DNA of 64,000 nt from Auanema rhodensis (taxonomy: Eukaryota; Animalia; Nematoda). Positions 27,001 through 40,730 of this stretch are shown here, in pieces (the stretch's first letter is position 1; every line of letters starts with the position of its first letter). The DNA is taken from positions 496,001-560,000 of the forward strand of contig OZ059900.1 in NCBI GenBank assembly GCA_964057225.1, read 5' to 3'. A program made the position numbers and the translations under genes. The notes beneath the pieces are model-generated. The model was not told the origin of the DNA. It ran no database searches and saw nothing but the letters and a program-made list of their open reading frames with translations.

Positions 27001-30000
27001 ATTTTGATCAAAAAAGGTCGAAAATAGAAAGAATTTTTGAAATTTCCGAGTTTTGAGTCCAATTTGGCTGAATCGCTCATATATATGATCAAAAGCATAG
27101 TTTTATTGTCTATAACAACAAAAGTCATCAATTAAACGCTAGTGATGTTTTAATACTGAATTTCGCTCAAATAGCATTACTACACTAAGTATGGTCGTTT
27201 TTATGCCTTTAACACCATATACTCACCGATTTTTGGTACAAAATCTGTAATACTCGTAAATTTTGATCATATTCGTTAAGATTTGAGAATCAAACACACA
27301 ATACACAAAATCAGTCTATTTTTATGAGCTTGCACTGATATAGATTCATTTTGATCAAAAAAGGTCGAAAATAGAAAGAATTTTTGAAATTTCCGAGTTT
27401 TGAGTCCAATTTGGCTGAATCGCTCATATATATGATCAAAAGCATAGTTTTATTGTCTATAACAACAAAAGTCATCAATTAAACGCTGGTGATGTTTAAA
27501 TACTGATTTTCGCTCAAATAGCATTACTACACTAAGTATGGTCGTTTTTATGCCTTTAACACCATATACTCACCGATTTTTGGTACAAAATCTGTAATAC
27601 TCGTAAATTTTGATCATATTCGTTAAGATTTGAGAATCAAACACACAATACACAAAATCAGTCTATTTTTATGAGCTTGCACTGATATATATTCATTTTG
27701 ATCAAAAAAGGTCGAAAATAGAAAGAATTTTTGAAATTTCCGAGTTTTGAGTCCAATTTGGCTAAATCGCTCATATATATGATCAAAAGCATAGTTTTAT
27801 TGTCTATGACAACAAAAGTCATTAATTAAACACTAATGATGTTTAAATCACTAAATTTCGCTCAAATAGCATTACTACACTAAGTATGGTCGTTTTTATG
27901 CCTTTAACACCATATACTCACCGATTTTTGGTACAAAATCTGTAATACTCGTAAATTTTGATCATATTCGTTACGATTTGAGAATCAAACACACAATACA
28001 CAAAATCAGTCTATTTTTATGAGCTTGCACTGATATAGATTCATTTTGATCAAAAAAGGTCGAAAATAGAAAGAATTTTTGAAATTTCCGAGTTTTGAGT
28101 CCAATTTGGCTGAATCGCTCATATATATGATCAAAAGCATAGTTTTATTGTCTATAACAACAAAAGTCATCAATTAAACGCTAGTGATGTTTTAATACTG
28201 AATTTCGCTCAAATAGCATTACTACACTAAGTATGGTCGTTTTTATGCCTTTAACACCATATACTCACCGATTTTTGGTACAAAATCTGTAATACTCGTA
28301 AATTTTGATCATATTCGTTAAGATTTGAAAATCAAACACACAATAAACAAAATCAGTTTATTTTTATGAGTTTGCACTGATATATATTCATTTTGATCAA
28401 AAAAGGTCGAAAATAGAAAGAATTTTGGAAATGTCCGAGTTTTGAGTCCAATTTGGCTAAATCGCTCATATATATGATCAAAAGCATAGTTTTATTGTCT
28501 ATAACAACAAAAGTCATCAATTAAACGCTAGTGATGTTCAAATACTGATTTTCGCTCAAATAGCATTACTACACTAAGTATGGTCGTTTTTATGCCTTTA
28601 ACACCATATACTCACCGATTTTTGGTACAAAATCTGTAATACTCGTAAATTTTGATCATATTCGTTAAGATTTGAGAATCAAACACACAATACACAAAAT
28701 CAGTCTATTTTTATGAGCTTGCACTGATATATATTCATTTTGATCAAAAAAGGTCGAAAATAGAAAGAATTTTTGAAATTTCCGAGTTTTGAGTCCAATT
28801 TGGCTAAATCGCTCATATATATGATCAAAAGCATAGTTTTATTGTCTATGACAACAAAAGTCATTAATTAAACACTAATGATGTTTAAATCACTAAATTT
28901 CGCTCAAATAGCATTACTACACTAAGTATGGTCGTTTTTATGCCTTCAACACCATATACTCACCGATTTTTGGTACAAAATCTGTAATACTCGTAAATTT
29001 TGATCATATTCGTTAAGATTTGAGAATCAAACACACAATACACAAAATCAGTCTATTTTTATGAGCTTGCACTGATATAGATTCATTTTGATCAAAAAAG
29101 GTCGAAAATAGAAAGAATTTTTGAAATTTCCGAGTTTTGAGTCCAATTTGGCTGAATCGCTCATATATATGATCAAAAGCATAGTTTTATTGTCTATAAC
29201 AACAAAAGTCATCAATTAAACGCTAGTGATGTTTTAATACTGAATTTCGCTCAAATAGCATTACTACACTAAGTATGGTCGTTTTTATGCCTTTAACACC
29301 ATATACTCACCGATTTTTGGTACAAAATCTGTAATACTCGTAAATTTTGATCATATTCGTTAAGATTTGAGAATCAAACACACAATACACAAAATCAGTC
29401 TATTTTTATGAGCTTGCACTGATATATATTCATTTTGATCAAAAAAGGTCGAAAATAGAAAGAATTTTTGAATTTTCCGAGTTTTGAGTCCAATTGGGCT
29501 AAATCGCTCATATATATGATCAAAAGCATAGTTTTATTGTCTATGACAACAAAAGTCATCAATTAAACGCTAGTGATGTTTAAATACTGATTTTCGCTCA
29601 AATAGCATTACTACACTAAGTATGGTCGTTTTTATGCCTTTAACACCATATACTCACCGATTTTTGGTACAAAATCTGTAATACTCGTAAATTTTGATCA
29701 TATTCGTTAAGATTTGAGATTCAAACACACAATACACAAAATCAGTCTATTTTTATGAGCTTGCACTGATATATATTCATTTTGATCAAAAAAGGTCGAA
29801 AATAGAAAGAATTTTTGAAATTTCCGAGTTTTGAGTCCAATTTGGCTAAATCGCTCATATATATGATCAAAAGCATAGTTTTATTGTCTATAACAACAAA
29901 AGTCATCAATTAAACGCTAGTGATGTTTAAATACTGAATTTCGCTCAAATAGCATTACTACACTAAGTATGGTCGTTTTTATGCCTTTAACACCATATAC

Positions 30001-33000
30001 TCACCGATTTTTGGTACAAAATCTGTAATACTCGTAAATTTTGATCATATTCGTTAAGATTTGAGAATCAAACACACAATACACGAAATCAGTCTATTTT
30101 TATGAGCTTGCACTGATATATATTCATTTTGATCAATAAAGGTCGAAAATAGAAAGAATTTTTGAATTTTCCTAGTTTTGAGTCCAATTGGGCTAAATCG
30201 CTCATATATATGATCAAAAGCATAGTTTTATTGTCTATGACAACAAAAGTCATTAATTAAACACTAATGATGTTTAAATCACTAAATTTCGCTCAAATAG
30301 CATTACTACACTAAGTATGGTCGTTTTTATGCCTTTAACACCATATACTCACCGATTTTTGGTACAAAATCTGTAATACTCGTAAATTTTGATCATATTC
30401 GTTAAGATTTGAGAATCAAACACACAATACACAAAATCAGTCTATTTTCATGAGCTTGCACTGATATAGATTCATTTTGATCAAAAAAGGTCGAAAATAG
30501 AAAGAATTTTGGAAATGTCCGAGTTTTGAGTCCAATTTGGCTAAATCGCTCATATATATGATCAAAAGCATAGTTTTATTGTTTATAACAACAAAAGTCA
30601 TCAATTAAACGCTAGTGATGTTTAAATACTGAATTTCGCTCAAATAGCATAACTACACTAAGTATGGTCGTTTTTATGCCTTTAACACCATATACTCACC
30701 GATTTTTGGTACAAAATCTGTAATACTCGTAAATTTTGATCATATTCGTTAAGATTTGAGAATCACTACATACAATACACGAAATCAGTCTATTTTTATG
30801 AGCTTGCACTGATATATATTCATTTTGATCAAAAAAGGTCGAAAATAGAAAGAATTTTTGAAATTTCCGAGTTTTGAGTCTAATTTGGCTAAATCGCTCA
30901 TATATATGATCAGAAGCATAGTTTTGTTGTCTATGACAACAAAAGTCATCAATTAAACGCTAGTGATGTTTAAATACTGATTTTCGCTCAAATAGCATTA
31001 CTACACTAAGTATGGTCGTTTTTATGCCTTTAACACCATATACTCACCGATTTTTGGTACAAAATCTGTAATACTCGTAAATTTTGATCATATTCGTTAA
31101 GATTTGAGAATCAAACACACAATACACAAAATCAGTCTATTTTTATGAGCTTGCACTGATATATATTCATTTTGATCAAAAAAGGTCGAAAATAGAAAGA
31201 ATTTTTGAAATTTCCGAGTTTTGAGTCCAATTTGGCTAAATCGCTCATATATATGATCAAAAGCATAGTTTTATTGTCTATGACAACAAAAGTCATTAAT
31301 TAAACACTAATGATGTTTAAATCACTAAATTTCGCTCAAATAGCATTACTACACTAAGTATGGTCGTTTTTATGCCTTTAACACCATATACTCACCGATT
31401 TTTGGTACAAAATCTGTAATACTCGTAAATTTTGATCATATTCGTTAAGATTTGAGAATCAAACACACAATACACAAAATCAGTCTATTTTTATGAGCTT
31501 GCACTGATATAGATTCATTTTGATCAAAAAAGGTCGAAAATAGAAAGAATTTTTGAAATTTCCGAGTTTTGAGTCCAATTTGGCTGAATCGCTCATATAT
31601 ATGATCAAAAGCATAGTTTTATTGTCTATAACAACAAAAGTCATCAATTAAACGCTAGTGATGTTTTAATACTGAATTTCGCTCAAATAGCATTACTACA
31701 CTAAGTATGGTCGTTTTTATGCCTTTAACACCATATACTCACCGATTTTTGGTACAAAATCTGTAATACTCGTAAATTTTGATCATATTCGTTAAGATTT
31801 GAGAATCAAACACACAATACACAAAATCAGTCTATTTTTATGAGCTTGCACTGATATAGATTCATTTTGATCAAAAAAGGTCGAAAATAGAAAGAATTTT
31901 TGAAATTTCCGAGTTTTGAGTCCAATTTGGCTGAATCGCTCATATATATGATCAAAAGCATAGTTTTATTGTCTATAACAACAAAAGTCATCAATTAAAC
32001 GCTGGTGATGTTTAAATACTGATTTTCGCTCAAATAGCATTACTACACTAAGTATGGTCGTTTTTATGCCTTTAACACCATATACTCACCGATTTTTGGT
32101 ACAAAATCTGTAATACTCGTAAATTTTGATCATATTCGTTAAGATTTGAGAATCAAACACACAATACACAAAATCAGTCTATTTTTATGAGCTTGCACTG
32201 ATATATATTCATTTTGATCAAAAAAGGTCGAAAATAGAAAGAATTTTTGAAATTTCCGAGTTTTGAGTCCAATTTGGCTAAATCGCTCATATATATGATC
32301 AAAAGCATAGTTTTATTGTCTATAACAACAAAAGTCATCAATTAAACGCTAGTGATGTTTTAATACTGAATTTCGCTCAAATAGCATTACTACACTAAGT
32401 ATGGTCGTTTTTATGCCTTTAACACCATATACTCACCGATTTTTGGTACAAAATCTGTAATACTCGTAAATTTTGATCATATTCGTTAAGATTTGAGAAT
32501 CAAACACACAATACACAAAATCAGTCTATTTTTATGAGCTTGCACTGATATATATTCATTTTGATCAAAAAAGGTCGAAAATAGAAAGAATTTTTGAATT
32601 TTCCGAGTTTTGAGTCCAATTGGGCTAAATCGCTCATATATATGATCAAAAGCATAGTTTTATTGTCTATGACAACAAAAGTCATCAATTAAACGCTAGT
32701 GATGTTTAAATACTGATTTTCGCTCAAATAGCATTACTACACTAAGTATGGTCGTTTTTATGCCTTTAACACCATATACTCACCGATTTTTGGTACAAAA
32801 TCTGTAATACTCGTAAATTTTGATCATATTCGTTAAGATTTGAGATTCAAACACACAATACACAAAATCAGTCTATTTTTATGAGCTTGCACTGATATAT
32901 ATTCATTTTGATCAAAAAAGGTCGAAAATAGAAAGAATTTTTGAAATTTCCGAGTTTTGAGTCCAATTTGGCTAAATCGCTCATATATATGATCAAAAGC

Positions 33001-35503
33001 ATAGTTTTATTGTCTATAACAACAAAAGTCATCAATTAAACGCTAGTGATGTTTAAATACTGAATTTCGCTCAAATAGCATTACTACACTAAGTATGGTC
33101 GTTTTTATGCCTTTAACACCATATACTCACCGATTTTTGGTACAAAATCTGTAATACTCGTAAATTTTGATCATATTCGTTAAGATTTGAGAATCAAACA
33201 CACAATACACGAAATCAGTCTATTTTTATGAGCTTGCACTGATATATATTCATTTTGATCAATAAAGGTCGAAAATAGAAAGAATTTTTGAATTTTCCTA
33301 GTTTTGAGTCCAATTGGGCTAAATCGCTCATATATATGATCAAAAGCATAGTTTTATTGTCTATGACAACAAAAGTCATTAATTAAACACTAATGATGTT
33401 TAAATCACTAAATTTCGCTCAAATAGCATTACTACACTAAGTATGGTCGTTTTTATGCCTTTAACACCATATACTCACCGATTTTTGGTACAAAATCTGT
33501 AATACTCGTAAATTTTGATCATATTCGTTAAGATTTGAGAATCAAACACACAATACACAAAATCAGTCTATTTTCATGAGCTTGCACTGATATAGATTCA
33601 TTTTGATCAAAAAAGGTCGAAAATAGAAAGAATTTTGGAAATGTCCGAGTTTTGAGTCCAATTTGGCTAAATCGCTCATATATATGATCAAAAGCATAGT
33701 TTTATTGTTTATAACAACAAAAGTCATCAATTAAACGCTAGTGATGTTTAAATACTGAATTTCGCTCAAATAGCATAACTACACTAAGTATGGTCGTTTT
33801 TATGCCTTTAACACCATATACTCACCGATTTTTGGTACAAAATCTGTAATACTCGTAAATTTTGATCATATTCGTTAAGATTTGAGAATCACTACATACA
33901 ATACACGAAATCAGTCTATTTTTATGAGCTTGCACTGATATATATTCATTTTGATCAAAAAAGGTCGAAAATAGAAAGAATTTTTGAAATTTCCGAGTTT
34001 TGAGTCTAATTTGGCTAAATCGCTCATATATATGATCAGAAGCATAGTTTTGTTGTCTATGACAACAAAAGTCATCAATTAAACGCTAGTGATGTTTAAA
34101 TACTGATTTTCGCTCAAATAGCATTACTACACTAAGTATGGTCGTTTTTATGCCTTTAACACCATATACTCACCGATTTTTGGTACAAAATCTGTAATAC
34201 TCGTAAATTTTGATCATATTCGTTAAGATTTGAGAATCAAACACACAATACACAAAATCAGTCTATTTTTATGAGCTTGCACTGATATATATTCATTTTG
34301 ATCAAAAAAGGTCGAAAATAGAAAGAATTTTTGAAATTTCCGAGTTTTGAGTCCAATTTGGCTAAATCGCTCATATATATGATCAAAAGCATAGTTTTAT
34401 TGTCTATGACAACAAAAGTCATTAATTAAACACTAATGATGTTTAAATCACTAAATTTCGCTCAAATAGCATTACTACACTAAGTATGGTCGTTTTTATG
34501 CCTTTAACACCATATACTCACCGATTTTTGGTACAAAATCTGTAATACTCGTAAATTTTGATCATATTCGTTAAGATTTGAGAATCAAACACACAATACA
34601 CAAAATCAGTCTATTTTTATGAGCTTGCACTGATATAGATTCATTTTGATCAAAAAAGGTCGAAAATAGAAAGAATTTTTGAAATTTCCGAGTTTTGAGT
34701 CCAATTTGGCTGAATCGCTCATATATATGATCAAAAGCATAGTTTTATTGTCTATAACAACAAAAGTCATCAATTAAACGCTAGTGATGTTTTAATACTG
34801 AATTTCGCTCAAATAGCATTACTACACTAAGTATGGTCGTTTTTATGCCTTTAACACCATATACTCACCGATTTTTGGTACAAAATCTGTAATACTCGTA
34901 AATTTTGATCATATTCGTTAAGATTTGAGAATCAAACACACAATACACAAAATCAGTCTATTTTTATGAGCTTGCACTGATATAGATTCATTTTGATCAA
35001 AAAAGGTCGAAAATAGAAAGAATTTTTGAAATTTCCGAGTTTTGAGTCCAATTTGGCTGAATCGCTCATATATATGATCAAAAGCATAGTTTTATTGTCT
35101 ATAACAACAAAAGTCATCAATTAAACGCTGGTGATGTTTAAATACTGATTTTCGCTCAAATAGCATTACTACACTAAGTATGGTCGTTTTTATGCCTTTA
35201 ACACCATATACTCACCGATTTTTGGTACAAAATCTGTAATACTCGTAAATTTTGATCATATTCGTTAAGATTTGAGAATCAAACACACAATACACAAAAT
35301 CAGTCTATTTTTATGAGCTTGCACTGATATATATTCATTTTGATCAAAAAAGGTCGAAAATAGAAAGAATTTTTGAAATTTCCGAGTTTTGAGTCCAATT
35401 TGGCTAAATCGCTCATATATATGATCAAAAGCATAGTTTTATTGTCTATGACAACAAAAGTCATTAATTAAACACTAATGATGTTTAAATCACTAAATTT
35501 CGC
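24042..35503. repeat. 15-monomer unit (5210 bp) followed by two derived 9-monomer units (3126 bp)
   Basis: GAGATTC at 24506, 29716 and 32842. CCTAG, TTCATGAG, CACTACATAC and GCTGGT markers co-occur in order. Confidence 0.85.
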
Positions 35504-38500
35504 TCAAATAGCATTACTACACTAAGTATGGTCGTTTTTATGCCTTTAACACCATATACTCACCGATTTTTGGTACAAAATCTGTAATACTCGTAAATTT
35601 TGATCATATTCGTTAAGATTTGAGAATCAAACACACAATACACAAAATCAGTCTATTTTTATGAGCTTGCACTGATATAGATTCATTTTGATCAAAAAAG
35701 GTCGAAAATAGAAAGAATTTTTGAAATTTCCGAGTTTTGAGTCCAATTTGGCTGAATCGCTCATATATATGATCAAAAGCATAGTTTTATTGTCTATAAC
35801 AACAAAAGTCATCAATTAAACGCTAGTGATGTTTTAATACTGAATTTCGCTCAAATAGCATTACTACACTAAGTATGGTCGTTTTTATGCCTTTAACACC
35901 ATATACTCACCGATTTTTGGTACAAAATCTGTAATACTCGTAAATTTTGATCATATTCGTTAAGATTTGAAAATCAAACACACAATAAACAAAATCAGTT
36001 TATTTTTATGAGTTTGCACTGATATATATTCATTTTGATCAAAAAAGGTCGAAAATAGAAAGAATTTTGGAAATGTCCGAGTTTTGAGTCCAATTTGGCT
36101 AAATCGCTCATATATATGATCAAAAGCATAGTTTTATTGTCTATAACAACAAAAGTCATCAATTAAACGCTAGTGATGTTCAAATACTGATTTTCGCTCA
36201 AATAGCATTACTACACTAAGTATGGTCGTTTTTATGCCTTTAACACCATATACTCACCGATTTTTGGTACAAAATCTGTAATACTCGTAAATTTTGATCA
36301 TATTCGTTAAGATTTGAGAATCAAACACACAATACACAAAATCAGTCTATTTTTATGAGCTTGCACTGATATATATTCATTTTGATCAAAAAAGGTCGAA
36401 AATAGAAAGAATTTTTGAAATTTCCGAGTTTTGAGTCCAATTTGGCTAAATCGCTCATATATATGATCAAAAGCATAGTTTTATTGTCTATGACAACAAA
36501 AGTCATTAATTAAACACTAATGATGTTTAAATCACTAAATTTCGCTCAAATAGCATTACTACACTAAGTATGGTCGTTTTTATGCCTTCAACACCATATA
36601 CTCACCGATTTTTGGTACAAAATCTGTAATACTCGTAAATTTTGATCATATTCGTTAAGATTTGAGAATCAAACACACAATACACAAAATCAGTCTATTT
36701 TTATGAGCTTGCACTGATATAGATTCATTTTGATCAAAAAAGGTCGAAAATAGAAAGAATTTTTGAAATTTCCGAGTTTTGAGTCCAATTTGGCTGAATC
36801 GCTCATATATATGATCAAAAGCATAGTTTTATTGTCTATAACAACAAAAGTCATCAATTAAACGCTAGTGATGTTTTAATACTGAATTTCGCTCAAATAG
36901 CATTACTACACTAAGTATGGTCGTTTTTATGCCTTTAACACCATATACTCACCGATTTTTGGTACAAAATCTGTAATACTCGTAAATTTTGATCATATTC
37001 GTTAAGATTTGAAAATCAAACACACAATAAACAAAATCAGTTTATTTTTATGAGTTTGCACTGATATATATTCATTTTGATCAAAAAAGGTCGAAAATAG
37101 AAAGAATTTTGGAAATGTCCGAGTTTTGAGTCCAATTTGGCTAAATCGCTCATATATATGATCAAAAGCATAGTTTTATTGTCTATGACAACAAAAGTCA
37201 TTAATTAAACACTAATGATGTTTAAATCACTAAATTTCGCTCAAATAGCATTACTACACTAAGTATGGTCGTTTTTATGCCTTTAACACCATATACTCAC
37301 CGATTTTTGGTACAAAATCTGTAATACTCGTAAATTTTGATCATATTCGTTAAGATTTGAGAATCAAACACACAATACACAAAATCAGTCTATTTTTATG
37401 AGTTTGCACTGATATATATTCATTTTGATCAAAAAAGGTCGAAAATAGAAAGAATTTTGGAAATGTCCGAGTTTTGAGTCGAATTTGGCTAAATCGCTCA
37501 TATATATGATCAAAAGCATAGTTTTATTGTCTATGACAACAAAAGTCATTAATTAAACACTAATGATGTTTAAATCACTAAATTTCGCTCAAATAGCATT
37601 ACTACACTAAGTATGGTCGTTTTTATGCCTTTAACACCATATACTCACCGATTTTTGGTACAAAATCTGTAATACTCGTAAATTTTGATCATATTCGTTA
37701 AGATTTGAGAATCAAACACACAATACACAAAATCAGTCTATTTTTATGAGCTTGCACTGATATAGATTCATTTTGATCAAAAAAGGTCGAAAATAGAAAG
37801 AATTTTTGAAATTTCCGAGTTTTGAGTCCAATTTGGCTGAATCGCTCATATATATGATCAAAAGCATAGTTTTATTGTCTATAACAACAAAAGTCATCAA
37901 TTAAACGCTAGTGATGTTTTAATACTGAATTTCGCTCAAATAGCATTACTACACTAAGTATGGTCGTTTTTATGCCTTTAACACCATATACTCACCGATT
38001 TTTGGTACAAAATCTGTAATACTCGTAAATTTTGATCATATTCGTTAAGATTTGAAAATCAAACACACAATAAACAAAATCAGTTCATTTTTATGAGTTT
38101 GCACTGATATATATTCATTTTGATCAAAAAAGGTCGAAAATAGAAAGAATTTTTGAATTTTCCGAGTTTTGAGTCCAATTGGGCTAAATCGCTTATATAT
38201 ATGATCAAAAGCATAGTTTTATTGTCTATGACAACAAAAGTCATTAATTAAACACTAATGATGTTTAAATCACTAAATTTCGCTCAAATAGCATTACTAC
38301 ACTAAGTATGGTCGTTTTTATGCCTTTAACACCATATACTCACGGATTTTTGGTACAAAATCTGTAATACTCGTAAATTTTGATCATATTCGTTAAGATT
38401 TGAGAATCAAACACACAATACACAAAATCAGTCTATTTTTATGAGCTTGCACTGATATATATTCATTTTGATCAAAAAAGGTCGAAAATAGAAAGAATTT

Positions 38501-38699
38501 TTGAAATTTCCGAGTTTTGAGTCCAATTTGGCTAAATCGCTCATATATATGATCAAAAGCATAGTTTTATTGTCTATAACAACAAAAGTCATTAATTAAA
38601 CGCTAGTGATGTTTAAATACTGATTTTCGCTCAAATAGCATTACTACACTAAGTATGGTCGTTTTTATGCCTTTAACACCATATACTCACCGATTTTTG

Positions 38700-40730
38700 G
38701 TACAAAATCTGTAATACTTGTAAATTTTGATCATATTCGTTAAGATTCAAGAATCAAACACATAATACACGAAATGAGTCTATTTTTATGAGTTTGCACT
38801 GATATTTATTTATTTTGATCAAAAAAGGTCGAAAATAGAAAGAATTTTTGAATTTTCCGAGTTTTGAGTCCAATTGGGCTAAATCGCTCATATATATGAT
38901 CAAAAGCATAGTTTTACTGTCTATAACAACAAAAGTCATCAATTAAACGCTAGTGATAATTAAATACTGATTTTCGCTCAAATAGCATTACTACACTAAG
39001 TATGGTCGTTTTTATGCCTTTAACACCATATACTCACCGATTTTTGGTACAAAATCTGTAATACTTGTAAATTTTGATCATATTCGTTAAGATTCGAGAA
39101 TCAAACACATAATACACGAAATAAGTCTATTTTTATGAGTTTGCACTGATATTTATTTATTTTGATCAAAAAAGGTCGAAAATAGAAAGAATTTTTGAAT
39201 TTTCCGAGTTTTGAGTCCAATTGGGCTAAATCGCTCATATATATGATCAAAAGCATAGTTTTACTGTCTATAACAACAAAAGTCATCAATTAAACGCTAG
39301 TGATATTCAAATACTGATTTTCGCTCAAGTAGCATTACTACACTAAGTATGGTCGTTTTTATGCCTTTAACACCATGTACTCACCGATTTTTGGTACAAA
39401 ATCTGTAATACTTGTAAATTTTGATCATATTCGTTAAGATTTGAGAATCAAACATACAATACACAAAATCAGTCTATTTTTATGAGCTTGCACTGATATA
39501 TATTCATTTTGATCAAAAAAGGTCGAAAATAGAAAGAATTTTTGAAATTTCCGAGTTTTGAGCCCAATTGGGCTAAATCGCTCATATATATGATCAAAAG
39601 CATAGTTTTTTTGTCTATGATAACAAAAGTCTTTGAATATACACTAATAATGTTTAAATCACTGAATTTCACTCAAATAGCATTACTACACTAAGTATGG
39701 TCGTTTTTATGCCTCTAACACCATATACTCACCGATTTTTGGTACAAAATCTGTAATACTTGTAAATTTTGATCATATTCGTTAAGATTCGAGAATCAAA
39801 CACATAATACACGAAATAAGTCTATTTTTATGAGTTTGCACTGATTATTATTCATTTTGATCAAAAAAGGTCGAAAATAGAAAGAATTTTTGAAATTTCC
39901 GAGTTTTGAGTCCAATTGGGCTAAATCGCTCATATATATGATCAAAAACATAGTTTTATTGTCTATAACAACAAAAGTCATCAATTAAACGCTAGTGATG
40001 TTTAAATACTGATTTTCGCTCAAATAGCATTACTACACTAAGTATGGTCGTTTTTATGCCTTTAACACCATATACTCACCGATTTTTGGTACAAAATCTG
40101 TGATACTCGTAAATTTTGATCATATTCGGTGAGATTCGAGAATCAAACACACAATACACGAAATAAGTTTATTTTTACGAGTTTGCACTGATATTTATTC
40201 ATTTTGATCAAAAAAGGTCGAAAATAGAAAGAATTTTTGAAATTTCCGAGTTTTGAGTCTAATTTGGCTAAATCGCTCATATATATGATCAAAAGCATAG
40301 TTTTATTGTCTATGATAACAAAAGTCTTCAAATATACACTAATAATGTTTAAATCACTGAATTTCACTCAAATAGCATTACTACACTAAGTATGGTCGTT
40401 TTTATGCCTTTAACACCATATACTCACCGATTTTTGGTACAAAATCTGTAATACTTGTAAATTTTGATCATATTTGTTAAGATTTGAGAATCAAACACAC
40501 AATACACAAAATCAGTATATTTTTATGAGTTTGCACTGATATATATTCATTTTGATCAAAAAAGGTCGAAAATAGAAAGAATTTTGGAAATGTCCGAGTT
40601 TTGAGTCGAATTTGGCTAAATCGCTCATATATATGATCAAAAGCATAGTTTTACTGTCTATAACAACAAAAGTCATCAATTAAACGCTAGTGATATTTAA
40701 ATACTGATTTTCGCTCAAGTAGCATTACTA
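38700..40730. repeat. Divergent cassette A-B-C-D-E-F, copy 2
   Basis: Same markers as copy 1. ORF cluster 38754-40367; offset 38903 (112 monomers) from copy 1. Confidence 0.9.
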
